A stretch of 64,000 nt of DNA. It comes from the human T2T-CHM13v2.0 reference genome, Homo sapiens. The DNA lies in NCBI RefSeq assembly GCF_009914755.1, contig NC_060931.1, one strand, 5' to 3'. This document shows positions 1 to 14,129 of this stretch, piece after piece. Position 1 is the stretch's first letter, and each line of letters opens with the position of its first letter. The translations under genes and the position numbers were made by a program. The notes under the pieces were generated by a model, which saw only the letters and a list, made by a program, of their open reading frames with translations, was not told the origin of the DNA and did not search any database.

Positions 1-43
1 CTTCAACATGAGATTTGGAGGGGACGATATTCAAACCAAAGCA
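1..43 (-). mobile_element. MST (MaLR) LTR, 5' terminal fragment cut by window edge
   Basis: Reverse complement reads TGCTTTGGTTTGAATATCGTCCCCTCCAAATCTCATGTTGAAG, matching the MSTA/MSTB LTR start as recalled. Confidence 0.75.
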
Positions 44-197
44 GACTCCGTTAAATGTTAGATGGAACAGAAGAACAGCCCATCTGAGCCCTGATCAAAT
101 TCCTGACCCATAAAATGATGAAATATAATAACATGATTTTTGTTCTCAGACACTAAGTTATACAGTAGCTATTGCACTATAATAAATTAGAAAACAT
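44..197 (+). mobile_element. MLT1 (H/I/J-like) LTR 3' part
   Basis: 'gagccc...aaattcctgaccca...aaatataataa...cactaagtt' resembles the MLT1 3' block. Confidence 0.6.
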
Positions 198-484
198 GTA
201 GAGGTAAAGGACAAGAGTTTCTTTCTAGTTGTATTTAAACACACCACTGTTTCGTTGGTTTTACAGATACTAATTGTTAATATAGTAATTGCAAAATAAT
301 TTATTCAAACTTGTTCATTTGGGCTGATTAACTGGCCAAGGGTGAGTTTTCTTTGCAATAATTATTTATCATTACTGTCTTTATTTATAGGAATAACCTG
401 CTGTAAAAATTATAAGATAATACAGAAAAACAGAAAATTTAAGGAAGTAGCATACTGTATTTAGAGAAAAGATTGCTGGGCTCT

Positions 485-864
485 TGTTATGGTTTGAATG
501 TATTTTGTCTCCTCTAAAATTTATGTGTTGGAATCTCAATCTGCAATGCAATAGTGTTAGGAGGTGAGACCTTTTGGGAGGTGTTTAAGTCATTAGGGCA
601 ACACTCTTATGAATGGATTAATGCTACAAAATGGGCTAGAGAGAATGGGTTCTCTCTCTTCTGCTTTTGTATGTGAGGACTCAGTCCTCTCTTGCCATTC
701 CACCTCTTGCCATGTGAGGATGTCACAAGAAGGTCATTATCAGATATTGGTGATTTGATCTTGAACTTCTTAATCTTTAGAACTATGACAGGATAAGTTT
801 CTGTTCTTTATAAATTACCCTGTCTCAGATATTTTGTTATAGCCACACAAAACAGACTAGGACA
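485..864 (+). mobile_element. MSTB/MSTD-like solo MaLR LTR
   Basis: Starts TGTTATGGTTTGAATG and ends ...ataaattaccc...aacagactaggACA; near-perfect 5-bp TSD gctct (480-484) / gctgt (865-869). Confidence 0.85.
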
Positions 865-884
865 GCTGTTTATCAAAACATCTG

Positions 885-1011
885 AGATAAAAGATTTACT
901 TTTTATTAGCTTGAAAAATTTGATCAAGTCTCTACCTTTATAGGTCTTAATTTCTTCATCTATAAAATGAACTTATTACATTGCCTGTGCCTAAGGTAGC
1001 TTCCAACTCTA
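885..1011 (+). mobile_element. MIR fragment
   Basis: Core motif 'tttcttcatctataaaatg' and 3' 'ttccaactcta'. Confidence 0.55.
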
Positions 1012-2037
1012 TTTGAAAAAATCTCTAAATTTTGGCTGTGTCATTAATTTACAAATGTTTGGAAATTTTACAATTAAAATAGTTCCAAAACTTGGAGATT
1101 TTAGAGCAAATAACTTCCCTCCACACCACTAAGTACTGTAGCATTTTAAAAATTCTTGGCTTTCCTAACTATTTCATCCTCCTAAATGAAGGCTTGATTT
1201 TTTCCCAGTAAGAACCACTTTTACAGAAAGGAGTCAATACTACTGCTTGATCTTCAGGTGTTGAATTGTCAGGTAACTTGTAGCTTGGAGAGTGCTTACT
1301 CATATATCATTTATCACAATGACTGTATTTTCTCATGCCTCACGTGAACATTCCAGTGTATAAATAGTTTGTTTTTGCCTCTTAATTTGATGTCTTTTCT
1401 GCAATTGCCCTGCTTTGAAGTTACTGTGATAGCATCAAGTTATAAAATAATATTTGGATAATTTTAAATATAGTTAGCTATAGAAATTGTCTAACATAAT
1501 TGGGCATGTGAGTTTGGGAAGGAATACTGTTAGTGCATGTGAATTTTACCTTTAGACTCATGTGAATCTGTTACACTGTGGATTTCACAGTAGCATTTCC
1601 TGTCTTCTTGCCTTCATTTAGGGTGACACTTTGATCAAAGGTGGTAAAGCATGAAATTATGACCAGATGTAAGAGTGTCACATGCTATTTCAAAGTCCCA
1701 CTGCAGTTGGAAAATTTTCTGATTATCTGAACCCACCCACATGGGAATTAAAATTCAGTGTGCCTGACATTACAGCATGTTTTAACAAGAGCACAATTAT
1801 ATTCCTACCCTGTTCCAATATAGAGTTGCCTAGTCAGAATTGTTAGACAAGTCCATAGAGGATAGAAACTGTCACCAAGCATTAGCTCACATGGGAGAGT
1901 AAAATGAAGCCAACTATTTCTTCCTTTATAAGAATCACTAATTGTATGTTATTTAAAAATATGTGCTCCTAGGCCAGGAGGAAGCCCTGAGAATGTAAGA
2001 AAATCAGCCTATTTTCAAATTATATGGTGAAATCCAT

Positions 2038-2040
<3 letters not shown>

Positions 2041-2091
<51 letters not shown>

Positions 2092-2097
2092 TATATA
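2041..2097. repeat. (TA)n microsatellite
   Basis: About 28 TA units with one interruption. Confidence 0.98.
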
Positions 2098-2234
2098 GCT
2101 ATTTCCTCTTTGTCTTAAAAAAATTTCTAGGACATCTGCAGCAAACGTCACAGTCATAAAAATAAGACATTTTGAAAATATGACTGCAAAATTACCAGCT
2201 TTATTTTTATCAAGAAAGGAAGCTTCTCTGTGAG

Positions 2235-2365
2235 GTTCATTTTTATTGAAAAATATTGATTGTGCACCTATTTCATGCCAGGCAATTTCTTGGGCTCTGG
2301 GGTACAAGAAATGCATAAATACAGTTCCTGCCTTCAAGTAACTCACAGATTAGCAAAAGAGACAG
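2235..2365 (-). mobile_element. L2 3' end fragment
   Basis: 'tattgattgtgcacctat..tgccaggca...cagttcctgccttcaag..actcaca' is the typical antisense L2 tail. Confidence 0.6.
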
Positions 2366-4765
2366 AAATGCAAATAAAATAAATTCCTTAGTCAGAAAGA
2401 AAAAAAGATAAGAAAATAAACAATTACAAACCAAAGGTTGTCTCCATAACAGGCTCAAACAAAGTGCCTAGTTTGAATAGCAACTGCAGAAAAGTTGTCT
2501 GCAAAAAATTAGTAATCTTTCCTAAAAATGTATTTGTTCTAAAAAGGTAAAAAGGTGTGCTAATTCACTAATTTATAATAGTTTCTGATTAATGTATATC
2601 TTTCCTCCAAATTCAGGGATCACTTATATTCACTAAACATATTTGACATAATTAACAACAACAACAAAATTCACTGTAGTCTTACTGATGTTTATTTGGT
2701 GTTTACGCTTAAAGGGAAAAAAATAACAATTCTAATATAACCTGAGGACATAAAGCAATGGGAAAGGTAACGGGGAAGAAAAAAAGGGGTTTTCTTGAAG
2801 TGTCTCAGAGGCTCCATGGTGGAAAGGTAGAGGTGTGCAGAGATGTCTAAGTTTTTAATCTACTTCCAGCAGAGTGGCTCAGCATTCATCTGCATCAAAT
2901 CTTGAGAATGAACAAAAGATTTATTTGAAGAGTCATACCGATTATTCCTCTGTACAATTTTAGTACTGTAAGGAGAGATTTCCATTTCTCTGGCAGTAAG
3001 AGCAGTTTAATCCCATTGAAAATTTGACCAAAATCTTTCACTTTACTTGTTTTGTTTTCTTTGAGTCTCATGGTTCCACTCATTTTTATGGTTAGAAGGA
3101 TACCAAGTATTTTAAAGTTCCACTTTTTTTTTTCTTCCTTGGTTTTTCTCTCCCTTCAATTTGACTGATCCAAAAAATTTCTTCTGAGTTTATAAATATA
3201 ACTCATTCCTGATAGTTAAATTTGATAAATCTCTCTCCTCCTATGGAATCATTGGATCCTCTTAACTTATCTTTTGTGAATACTTCTTCCTCAATATACC
3301 ACTGAGGATCAAACAACAAATGAGAAAATAAAGAAAATTAGGTCTCAAAAGTACCATCATGTGATAGTCTGGGGGATCACATTTCGTGTTTTTAAGAAAT
3401 GTTTAGTCTCATAAGGGAAACTGGTTAAACATGGATTAATGGATTACATGGTGTTTTGGTATCTCGATCCTGACTTGGGAAAAAGAGAAGTGAAAACGTG
3501 TAGGAACTTTAAAAGTGTTTGGAATGTACTTTTTGGAATGACATAGAGAAAAACCCCAAAGTCAGCAGATGTCTTTTTCCCATCTTCATTCTTGGTAAAC
3601 TTACTAAACCAGGCAAAATAACACAGTTTAACCAAAAGAATTAGTCTTTACTTCTAAGGATATAGTCTTGGAGATAATCATAAGCCAATTATAAGTGAAT
3701 TGTCAATTCTTCTCATGTGGCAAACTGCTTCTGAAACCAGAAGTGCAGAAGAGTCAACTGGGTGCTAGTCACAACACGACCTGGGAATGCGCTAAAAGTA
3801 CACTTGTGTTTTAGAAGGATGCTTTGAGACTCACAAGTTGACTGCCTTTTTCCCTCCTCCCACCTCACCTAAGTTGTAGGCTTAGGCAGAATAAAGCCAT
3901 GATTCATGTACAAGGAGAGGCATTAGCTATACATCCATTGTGGTCAAGATCCATCTTGAGGGAGGAAGTCTGAAATGTGGGAATATTCTGTTTAGTACTA
4001 AGGATGAGAGATTAAATGGGCAGTTTACAGATGCCAGTATTTCCTTATTTGTCCACTTAGTGCCATCAAAATAAACTCTGCTCCAAGATTCTACATGTTA
4101 ATAGTGATTAACTTCTCTGTGTATTTTGGGGACATCTGGCATGCTTTATTACAGGATCAATTTTATTGAATTGGTCATTAGGTGCTGCTTTCTTTGAATA
4201 TGTAGTAGACAGAGCAGTGACTTGAAATATTAGGTTAAATAAAAGAAAATACAATGGGGTCATTAAATCTGTTGATCTTAGAGTAAATATTTTCACTACA
4301 CATATATTCTAAAAATATCACTTGGCTGAAGACAAACTTTCTGGTTAAGCATTTGTTTCATGTATACTATACATCAAAGCAGATAGTTTCTTTCATTCTC
4401 AAAAATGGGATAATACCTACCTAAGTACACAGTGCATTTTAAAAAGACATAAAACTGAGAATAAAATACCTGCTTCAAACAGTTGTTAATACAATGCTAT
4501 GTACCTAGAATAAAAAATAATTTTTAGGAAGAAAGCTAAAACCATTATTTAAGAAGTAATTTCACTAGAAATTCTCATTTTCTCCTTCTACCCAGGTCTT
4601 ATCAATGAAAGCACAAAGTAGCAGATTATTTTACTAAATGTTTTGGTTAGAACAATTCTGTGAAACTCTAGTCATGTAAACAAGACTTCTTGGATTTGGC
4701 ACAGAAAGCCAATGAAGAGAAAGTAGAAAATTTAGTCAAACGATATATAATTGTATATGCTATGA

Positions 4766-5106
<341 letters not shown>

Positions 5107-5771
5107 GGATTTACTTTTAATTCTAAAATAACTAATTCTGATTCTCAATGGAAAGAACATGTACTATATAAAATGACAGAATTTTCGTGTATAAGCTCAA
5201 TTGTATTATTTCCACATTTCTGCTATTTTCTGTGATTAGGAAGACAATGTAGCATTTCACTGTTACGCATTTTTTACTTCTTAGCTTTAAAAGATTAGAT
5301 TAGGGCATTACTGCTGAAAAGAAAAGAAAAAAAGAATCAGGCTAATCATCTATATTTACTGAATGGAACTATCCCAATTCTTTTACCTTTAATGTTTCAC
5401 AAGAAAGTTGTAACATGTATGGTGTTTCGTGCACGGAAATAAATACAATTGAGACAAAAATATTTAAAAAGTTGAATTTCAAAATAACATAAAAACATTA
5501 AATACATCCAAAGAGTTTTCATAAATTAAAGAAAAAGGTGGTGTTATAAATTGTAATTAAAAAAAGGCAAACTTCATAAAACCAATGCTGTTTCCATTGA
5601 ATCATGCATATTTTTTTTCCTCTATTGATTTGTGAAAACTGAAACATTTGAACTGTTTTGGACAAAAAATGAATTATATTACACAGTAATAAGCACTTAA
5701 GAAATGTATTTAATAATTAATTTTAAAGAATTGTGGTAAAATCACTATATAACAAACTCCTAATAAAAATG

Positions 5772-5940
5772 GTTATTTATTTATTTATTTATTTATTCAT
5801 TCATTCATTCATTTATAAAATAGAACTGGGGTTTCTCCATGTTGCCCAGGCTGGTCTCAAACTCCTGGGCTCAAGCAATCTGCCCGCCTTGACCTTCCAA
5901 AGTGCTGGGATTACAGATGTGGTGGCCCATGAGTCTGTCC
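5772..5940 (-). mobile_element. FLAM/AluJ left monomer with (TTTA)n(TTCA)n tail
   Basis: 'gttgcccaggctggtctcaaactcctgggctcaagcaatc...aaagtgctgggattaca'. Confidence 0.85.
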
Positions 5941-5959
5941 AAAAACAGCTATTTTAATA

Positions 5960-7040
5960 CTTTTTTGAAAGCTTAACTACAATGCCCAGATATTGGTTTC
6001 CAAACACCATCCTACAATAAAAGGAACATAGGTTTCTTGAAGAAGTTGTTGATTCCAGGAATAGGGCAAGTAAATAAATAAATATACACAAATCAATAAA
6101 TAAATCTAGAACATATTGTGATTCTAGAAAGTAAGGAAGTGTTTTAAAAAATGAGAGTTTATCAGCAGAACACAAGAGCTAATCCAAATGAATTCCTAAT
6201 GGCCAAAGACGGAAAAATTTGAACAACAAAATACGTGGTGGTAGGAGCATGTTAACCCATAGAATAAAATAAATATCCATGAGGCCCTACTAATAGAATT
6301 TTTGTAAGTATTTGCATGAGTGAAAAGGACTGGTCTTTATTATGGAAGAAGTACAATTAATAAATGCAAAAGGAAAAAGTAAAATGTAAAATCCCCATTA
6401 GGCAAACACCACAGTAATAATTGTCAAGGACAGATGGATACTAAAATTAGTGAGTAAAATTTTGCAGAGAAACAGGATATAGTCATAGTCTGAAAGTATT
6501 TCCCCCAAGCTACTCATTACTTCACATGGAAAGATAGTAACTTTATGGTGAACAAAGGTAGTAGGTATCACCTTAACCAAGGGGAGATTATTGATAATGA
6601 CATATCAACTTAATAAATCCCTTATATGATGAAATGATGACACAACACTATCTTTGTGGTAATCTGAACAAAAATGTATCAACTCATTCTGATAATAAGA
6701 ATATCAGGGAAATAATTTATAAACATACTAAAAAATAATTGAACAGCACTCTTTAAATGTATCATCACTGAAGTAAAGACAGAACTATAATAGACTGGAA
6801 GAAACCATAGGGAAATAACAGCTGAATGCAATGTGGGAGCCTGGAGATTATTAGGAACAAAACTTAGGAAAACTGCAAAAGTCTGTTTAGGTAAAAGTCT
6901 GAATTGGCATTAGTTTCCTTGTTTTGACAATTATACTATGATCATATAACATGTTCACCTTAGGGCAAGCTGAATAAGGGAATGCTCTGTAGTTTTATAA
7001 CTTTTCCGTGAATCAAAAATTGTTCAAAATAAAAGTTTAA
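5960..7040 (+). mobile_element. L1MC-type 3' UTR fragment
   Basis: 'aataaaaggaac...tgattccagg', 'agaaagtaaggaagtg', 'aatggccaaag' and 'tgaatgcaatgtggga' motifs, ending 'aaaataaaagtttaa'. Confidence 0.7.
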
Positions 7041-8970
7041 CAAGCCTGTTATATTTTAATAATGAAATGAAACACCTGTAAAACCAATAAATTCAATATG
7101 ATAAAAATTCCAGAAGAATAAGTGGGAGAAATTAAAGTGCAGTAAATATGTGGAGTGCAGTCATTGAAACAGATCACACGCATGAAAAAAGGGAGTGGTA
7201 AGTAAAGTAAACAAGAGGTTGTTAGATTTAGAAGTGCATGGTTATTCAAAATGTAGAAAATCAAAAAGTTTAAAAAAATCCATAAAATGTATCCAATTAA
7301 AAGTTTGAATTATTTAATATAATACTGTATTTAGTTATTAAAGCTCTGTATAAATGTTCATTTCATTTTCACTATCATTCAGATTTAAAAAATTAGGAAC
7401 TAAACAATATTATATTAAAATTTACATAGAGATAAAATGACAGAATAGCTAAATAACTTTTTAAAGTGTTATCGAGGAACAACTTACATACTATAAAATT
7501 CACCTATTGCAGGTGTGCTAGTCAATAATTTTTAGTGAAGTTATGAAGTTGTGCCCTCATCACTATAATTCAGTTTTAGAATATTTTCAATATCCCAGAA
7601 AGTCCCCTCATACCCTATTCTTCCCACAGGTCCAGGGAATTCACTGATTTACTTTCTATCCCTATAGATTTGCTCTTCGAAAAGTATCATATAAATGGAA
7701 CCATACAACCTGTAGTCTTTTGCGTCTAGCTTCTTTCAGTTAACATGCTTTTGAGATTCATCCATGTTGTTGCTTGTGTCAGGAGTTTTTACTTTTTATT
7801 ATTAAATAATATTCCATTGTATGAGCGTATATTACATTTTGTTTATTCACCTGTTTGTGGGTAATATGATTGTGTCCAGTTTGGACTATGAATAATGCTA
7901 TCATGAACATTTGTGTACAAGTCTCTGTGAAGATACACGTTTTCTTTCTTCTAGGGTAAAGCTTGCCTGAATAATGTTTTAAGAAACTGTCAAGTTCTTT
8001 TCAGGATGGCTACATACTTTTATATTTCCACCAGCATGGTTTGAGGATTCTGTTTTTGTTTTTGTTTTTTGGTTTTTTGGTTTTTGTTTTTTCATCCTCA
8101 CCAACACTCGGAATTTTTAATTTTTTTGGTAGCTATTCTAGTGGGTGTGTAGTGGTCTTTCATCGTGGTTGGTTTTCATTTGCATTTCCTAATGATGAAT
8201 GATGGTGGTCATCTTTTCATGTGCTTACAATCATATATATTCTTTGGTGAAATGTCTATTCAAATTTTTTTCCTTTTAAAAAATTGACTTCTATCTTTCA
8301 TTGCCTTTTTTTAAAGTTTTGAGTCATCTTTATACATTTTCTATGCAAGTCTTTTGTCTGATTTGTGATTTGCTCATAGTTGTTCTCAGTCTGTAACATG
8401 CATTTATATTTTGTAATATCTTTTGAAAACCAAAAAGCTTTTCCTTTTGATAAAGTTCAAGTTATTATTTGTTTCCTTTCATTGAACATGCACTTGGTGT
8501 CATATATAAGAACCTCACCTTATCCAAGGTCACAAAGAATTTGCAGTATTTTTTCTACAAGTTTTATAGATTTGTTCCTTATAGTTGAACCTAAAATATA
8601 TTTTGAGTTATTTTTTATTAATTGCTTGAGATCAGAATCAAAGCTGATATTTTTGTATAAGAATATACTCTTGTCCCAGCACAACATTTTGAAAAAACTA
8701 TCCTTTTATTATTTATTTACTTATTTACTTATTGAAATATCTTTGTCAATAATTGACTAGAAAATCAGGACTCATTTCTAAGCTTTCTATTCTAATTCTG
8801 TAATCTGTGCATTTATCTTTATGTTAATATCATCTTATCTTTTTTACTTTAGCTCTGTAGCAAGTTTTGGAATAAGGCAGTATATGTTATCTAACTTTAA
8901 ATATAATTGTTTTTTAAGTTTTATTTTTAAATTTTTTCCTGCTAATACAATATAAAACTTTTTGTGGGGG

Positions 8971-9274
8971 AGCTGGGTTCTGTGGCTCACACCTGTAATC
9001 ACAGCACTTTGGGAGGCCGAAGCGGGTGGATCATTTGAGGTCGTGAGTTCAAGACCAGCCTGGCCTACGTGGCAAAACTCCTTCTCTACTAAAAATACAA
9101 AAAAATTGCCAGGGGTGGTGATGCATGGCGGTAATCCCAGCTACTCAGAAGGCTGAGGCAGGAATCACTTGAACCTGGGAGGCAGAGGTTGCAGTGAGCC
9201 AAGATCATGCCTTTGCACTCCAGCCTGGGTGACAGAGCAAGACTCTGTATAAAACAAACAAAAAAGCAAAAAAA

Positions 9275-9292
<18 letters not shown>
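8971..9292 (+). mobile_element. AluSx/Sz
   Basis: Full dimer with long poly-A; degenerate TSD tataaa(a)cttttt at ~8951 and ~9332. Confidence 0.92.

Positions 9293-9335
<43 letters not shown>
9293..9335. repeat. (TA)n microsatellite at Alu tail
   Basis: Pure TA run between the Alu poly-A and the 3' TSD. Confidence 0.97.
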
Positions 9336-9340
<5 letters not shown>

Positions 9341-10471
9341 TTTTTTGTATATTGATCTTTTCTTCATGGGACATTGCTAAATATAATACGTTATGGTAGC
9401 TTTGTTTCCTTTTGATTTACAAAATGCAGGATCATAGTGCATGTGAGAAAATAGTTATACTTCCTCCTTTCTAATCTGTATGATTTGTTTCTTATTATTA
9501 TTATGATTTTTCTTTCTTCCCTCTTCTGTCTCCCTTCCTCTATCCCTCTTTTTTTTTCCTTTTGCTTTCTTGCATTTTATAGAATTTACAGGTCAATGTT
9601 GAATGAAGCTACTGATAGGCTATCCTTGTTTCCTACACCCCAATCTTAGGAGGAAAACATTTTGTCTTTTACCAGTTAGTATGCTGTAAGCTGTAGGCTT
9701 TTCATAAATGACCTTTATTGGGTTAAAAAAGTTTCTTTTAATTTCTAGGATGTGTAGGATTTTCTTTGTCAAGAATAGGTGTTGGGTTTAGTCAAATGAT
9801 ACTTCTGTGTTATTGAGGTGATCGTGCACCTTTTGTCTCTAGTCTTTTAATATGGCATATTACATTATTTGCTTTTTGGTTGTCAAACCAGTCTTGAATT
9901 CCCGAGATACATTCCATTTGGACATGGTTTATTATCCTTTTTACATATGTCTGAACTTGGTTACCTAATATTTTCTTAAGGATTTTTGCAAAAATAATCT
10001 TGGGTAATAACAGTCTGTAGTTTTCTATGCTCATGACATCTTTGGCCGACTTTGGCGTCAGATAATAATGGCCTCATCAAGTAAGTTAGAAAGTGTTCTT
10101 TCCTAACATTTTAAAAAGTATTTGTGTAAGACAGGTATTAATTTATCTTTGGGTATTTGATTAAATTTTCTAGTGAACTATTTAGGTTTGAGCTTTTCTT
10201 TGTGGGGAAATATTTGATTCTTATTTTGTTACTTTTTATTGGTCTATTCAGATTATTCTTCTTGAGTCAATTATGGAAATTTATATCTTTTACAAATTTG
10301 TCCATTTTAGTTTGTCTAATTAACACAACATAGAATTGACAAATTCTTTGAAATTTATATTATTTCCTTCTAATCCTTTTAATTTCTGTGGATTCATTAG
10401 TCTAGTGATGTCTCCACTTTGATTCTTAATTTTTGTAGTCTGGGCCTTCATCTTTTGCAGGGAGAGAGGAC

Positions 10472-11025
<554 letters not shown>

Positions 11026-12954
11026 GTACTTTTTGACAAAAATTCTAATCTATCTAGATTTAATGTAATATTAAATGTATAAGGTTAGAAAACCTCTGCC
11101 ATTTTGCTACCTTGTTTTGTGATTGTTAAATAATGTTTTATTTTACAATTGTTATTCCTCCATTTTTGTTTTCTTAGTAATTTTACAAAGTTATTTTCTT
11201 AGCAGTCACTCTAGGGATTGAAATACGGATCTTAATTTATTACAATAAACTCCAGGTTAATACCAAGTAAATTCTGGAAACAGACAGCAACTTTTCTCCA
11301 GTATAGTTTCATTTCTTTTTTGCTTTTGCACTATTTCCATATATATTTCATTTGTGCATGCAATAAACCCAACAATTCAGTGTTATATTATTGGCTTTTA
11401 TAATATTTCTTTATTGAGAAGGAGAGAAAAGTCTGAGTTTGCAGTTTTTTATATTTATTCACGTTTGCCATTTTCAGCACTCTATTTTTTCTGTAGATTT
11501 GAGCTAGGATCAGGTGTCATGCCCTTTAAGCCTGAAAGACTTCCTTTAATATATTTTAAGGCATGTCTGCTAGCAATAAATTCACTTAATCTTTATCTCT
11601 GAATATGTTTATTGTTTTCATTTTTGATGGGAAGTTTTATTAGATATGTATCCTAAGTTGGCAGGATTTTTTTTGTTGTTGTTTTGTTTTTACTTTCAGC
11701 ACTATGAAAAAGTCTTGCCACTGCCTTCTGGATTCCATTGTTCTGATGAGAAGTTAACCATTAATTATATTGTTGGGGTTTTGTAGATGTTTAATCATTT
11801 TTCTCTTGTTGATTCAAAGAATTTTTTTTGTCTTTTAGTAGTTTGACTCTGATGTGTCTAGATGTAGAACTCTCGTCCCATGTGAAGTTTTTTGAGCTTC
11901 TTGGCCCTGTATAGATTAATGTTTATTATCATATTTGAAGAGTTTTACTTAGGTCATTATTTCTTCAAATAGATTTTCTCTACTCTTTTCCTGGAACTCC
12001 TAGAATGTTTGCATGCATATTAGTATGCTTGATGTTACCTGATACGTTTTTGCAGCTCTATTCCTTTATAAAAAAAATTTGTTTCTGTCTTCGGATTGGA
12101 AAAATTAAATTGATCTATCTTCAAGTTTGCTGTTTCTTTCTTCTATTATCTAAAAATAAGCTGTTGAACTAACCTATTTTTAGTTTGATTGTAGTACTTT
12201 TTCACTTTACAATATCCATATGATCCTCATAGAATAGTTTCTGTTACATTATTTAGGTTCCCTATTTGTGGATTCATTGACCACACATCTTCTAATTCTT
12301 TAAACATGGCTTCTTTACATTTCGCAAACATATTTATAATTGCTGCTTTGAAGTCTTTGTTACATCTAGTATCTGCACTCACTCAGGAATAGTTTCTGTT
12401 GACTGCTTTATTTCTTGATTGAAACAAACACACTTCTCATTTATTTGCATGTTGCATAGTCATGTTGAAAACTGGACATGTAAGAAAACATATTGTTGTC
12501 TACTCTGGATTCTGTAGTAGCCAATGTCTCTGCTCAGATTTTCTTTTTCAATTCTTATTTTCATTTTTTAGTCTGGCTTCCTAAGGGGTTGCTACTGTAT
12601 CTACACATTTCAATGATCAGCCAAAGATTGGTTAGAGGTTTTACTCAAGCACTGTGAGCCCATGAGACTTCCATCTTCTGCAGATGTATCTCTGTTTAGT
12701 TAGGGAGCATATTTAGAGTTCACCAGTTTGAAGCTTTTTTTTGTTATTTGTTTTCCACTCTGCCCTCTTAGATCTCGTGATCATCATGTCTCTGTAGCCT
12801 GCCAGTCACTCAGAGATGAATGAAGAGTTATCTCACTCTTCAAGTGCTCTTTCATTTCTAAGATTTCCTTGTAAAATATATGGCATATTCATTGCTATCC
12901 CCAAATGGGACTGCAATCCAAGGCTGGCAGAATTAAAGACTTTCTTCATTTATT

Positions 12955-13273
12955 TCACATATATATTTCATATATATATTATATATATATTTCATAAATA
13001 TATATGAGATATATTTATATATGATATATATATTATATATTTATATCATATATATTTATATATTTATTTCATATATATATTTATATATAAAAATATATAT
13101 TTATATTTATATATATTTCATATATATTTATTTCATAAATATATGATATATATTTATATATGATATATGTATAACATATTATATATATTTATTTCATAAA
13201 TATATATCATATATATTTCATATACATAATTTCATATATATTTCATATATATGATATATATATTATATATATA
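12955..13273. repeat. Degenerate (TA)n / AT-rich low-complexity tract
   Basis: About 320 bp of almost pure A/T with recurrent 'tttcatatatat' units. Confidence 0.95.
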
Positions 13274-13364
13274 TAGTTGGTGCAAAAATAAGTGTGATTT
13301 TGCCATGGAAAGTAAAGTAACCTTATATAAGGTTGGTGCAAAAGTAATTGCTGTTTCTACCATT
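13274..13364. mobile_element. Two adjacent partial MADE1 (Hsmar1 MITE) copies
   Basis: 'tagttggtgcaaaaataagtgtgattttgccatggaaagtaa' and 'taaggttggtgcaaaagtaattgctgtttctaccatt' match the Hsmar1 TIR TTAGGTTGGTGCAAAAGTAATTGCGGTTTTTGCCATT. Confidence 0.85.
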
Positions 13365-13415
13365 TCTCTCTCTCTCTTTCCATATATCTATATATGTATA
13401 TATAGATATATACGG

Positions 13416-13743
13416 TTTTTTTGTTTGTTTGTTTGTTTTTGTCAGAGTCTTGCTCTCTGTTACCCAGGTTGGAGTACAATGGTGTGATCATGGCTAACTG
13501 CAGCCTCTAACTCCTGGGCTCAAGCAATCTTCCCACCTCAGCCTCCCGAGTAGCTGAGACTAGAGGTGCACACCACTACCACAGCCAGCTATTTTTTTTT
13601 CCTTTTCCTTTTTTTTTTTTTTTAAAAAAAAAAAGAAAGACAGGGCTTTGTCATCTTGCCCAGGCTGGTCTCAAACTTCTGGGTGCAAGAAATTCTCCAG
13701 CCTTGGCATCCTAAAGTGCTGGGATTACAGGCGTGTGCCACTA
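13416..13743 (-). mobile_element. AluJ
   Basis: 'gcagcctctaactcctgggctcaagcaatc' (J diagnostic); expanded T-rich linker. Confidence 0.9.
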
Positions 13744-14129
13744 AGTTTGTTACTTTTACTGATGAGACATTTAGGCTTGTGCCTTGTCCTTTGCTGCAAG
13801 TCAATGATAGCACTCACCATGCAGTGCAGCTCCTCTTTTAGGTAACCATCATGTACCAATCAGGCTGGGGATTGGGTAAGAGAGCAGGCCCATGCACAAA
13901 GGCCCCTGTTTGACATGGTCTTATTTAATGCCTGGGCAGCTTTTCATTAGTAACAACTTTTTAATTTGCTCTTTGCCTTTAATAGTTTCCAGTGTTATTA
14001 TTGCCCATTTTGCCCAATTTTATAGCTTATCCTCTCTTTTTGGTGGGGGAAGGGATTTGCTAGCCTCTTCATTTTTCCCAGTCATATACGTTTCTGAAAA
14101 AATAGTGTTGAGTGGAAACTTACTATAAT

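Larger units (their letters stand above)
7458..10460 (-). mobile_element. L1MB-type LINE, 3' UTR and ORF2 3' portion (interrupted by Alu)
   Basis: Antisense L1M motifs 'ataaaattcacc', 'ttgagattcatccatgttgtt', 'tttgcatttcctaatgatgaatgat' and 'aaggtcacaaaga'. Confidence 0.85.
11040..14095 (-). mobile_element. Old L1M ORF1 / 5' region, probably continuing the 7458-10460 element; interrupted by AT tract, MADE1 and AluJ
   Basis: Antisense ORF1 motifs 'gtctgctagcaataaattc', 'ccactgccttctgg..tccattgtt.tgatgagaag' and 'cattatttcttcaaata'; 5'-end-like block near 14010-14095. Confidence 0.65.

Noticed and set aside
2020-2346. 108-aa ORF with YI repeats (also 9089-9374 and 51409-51651)
   Set aside because: The frame is kept open by (TA)n microsatellites.
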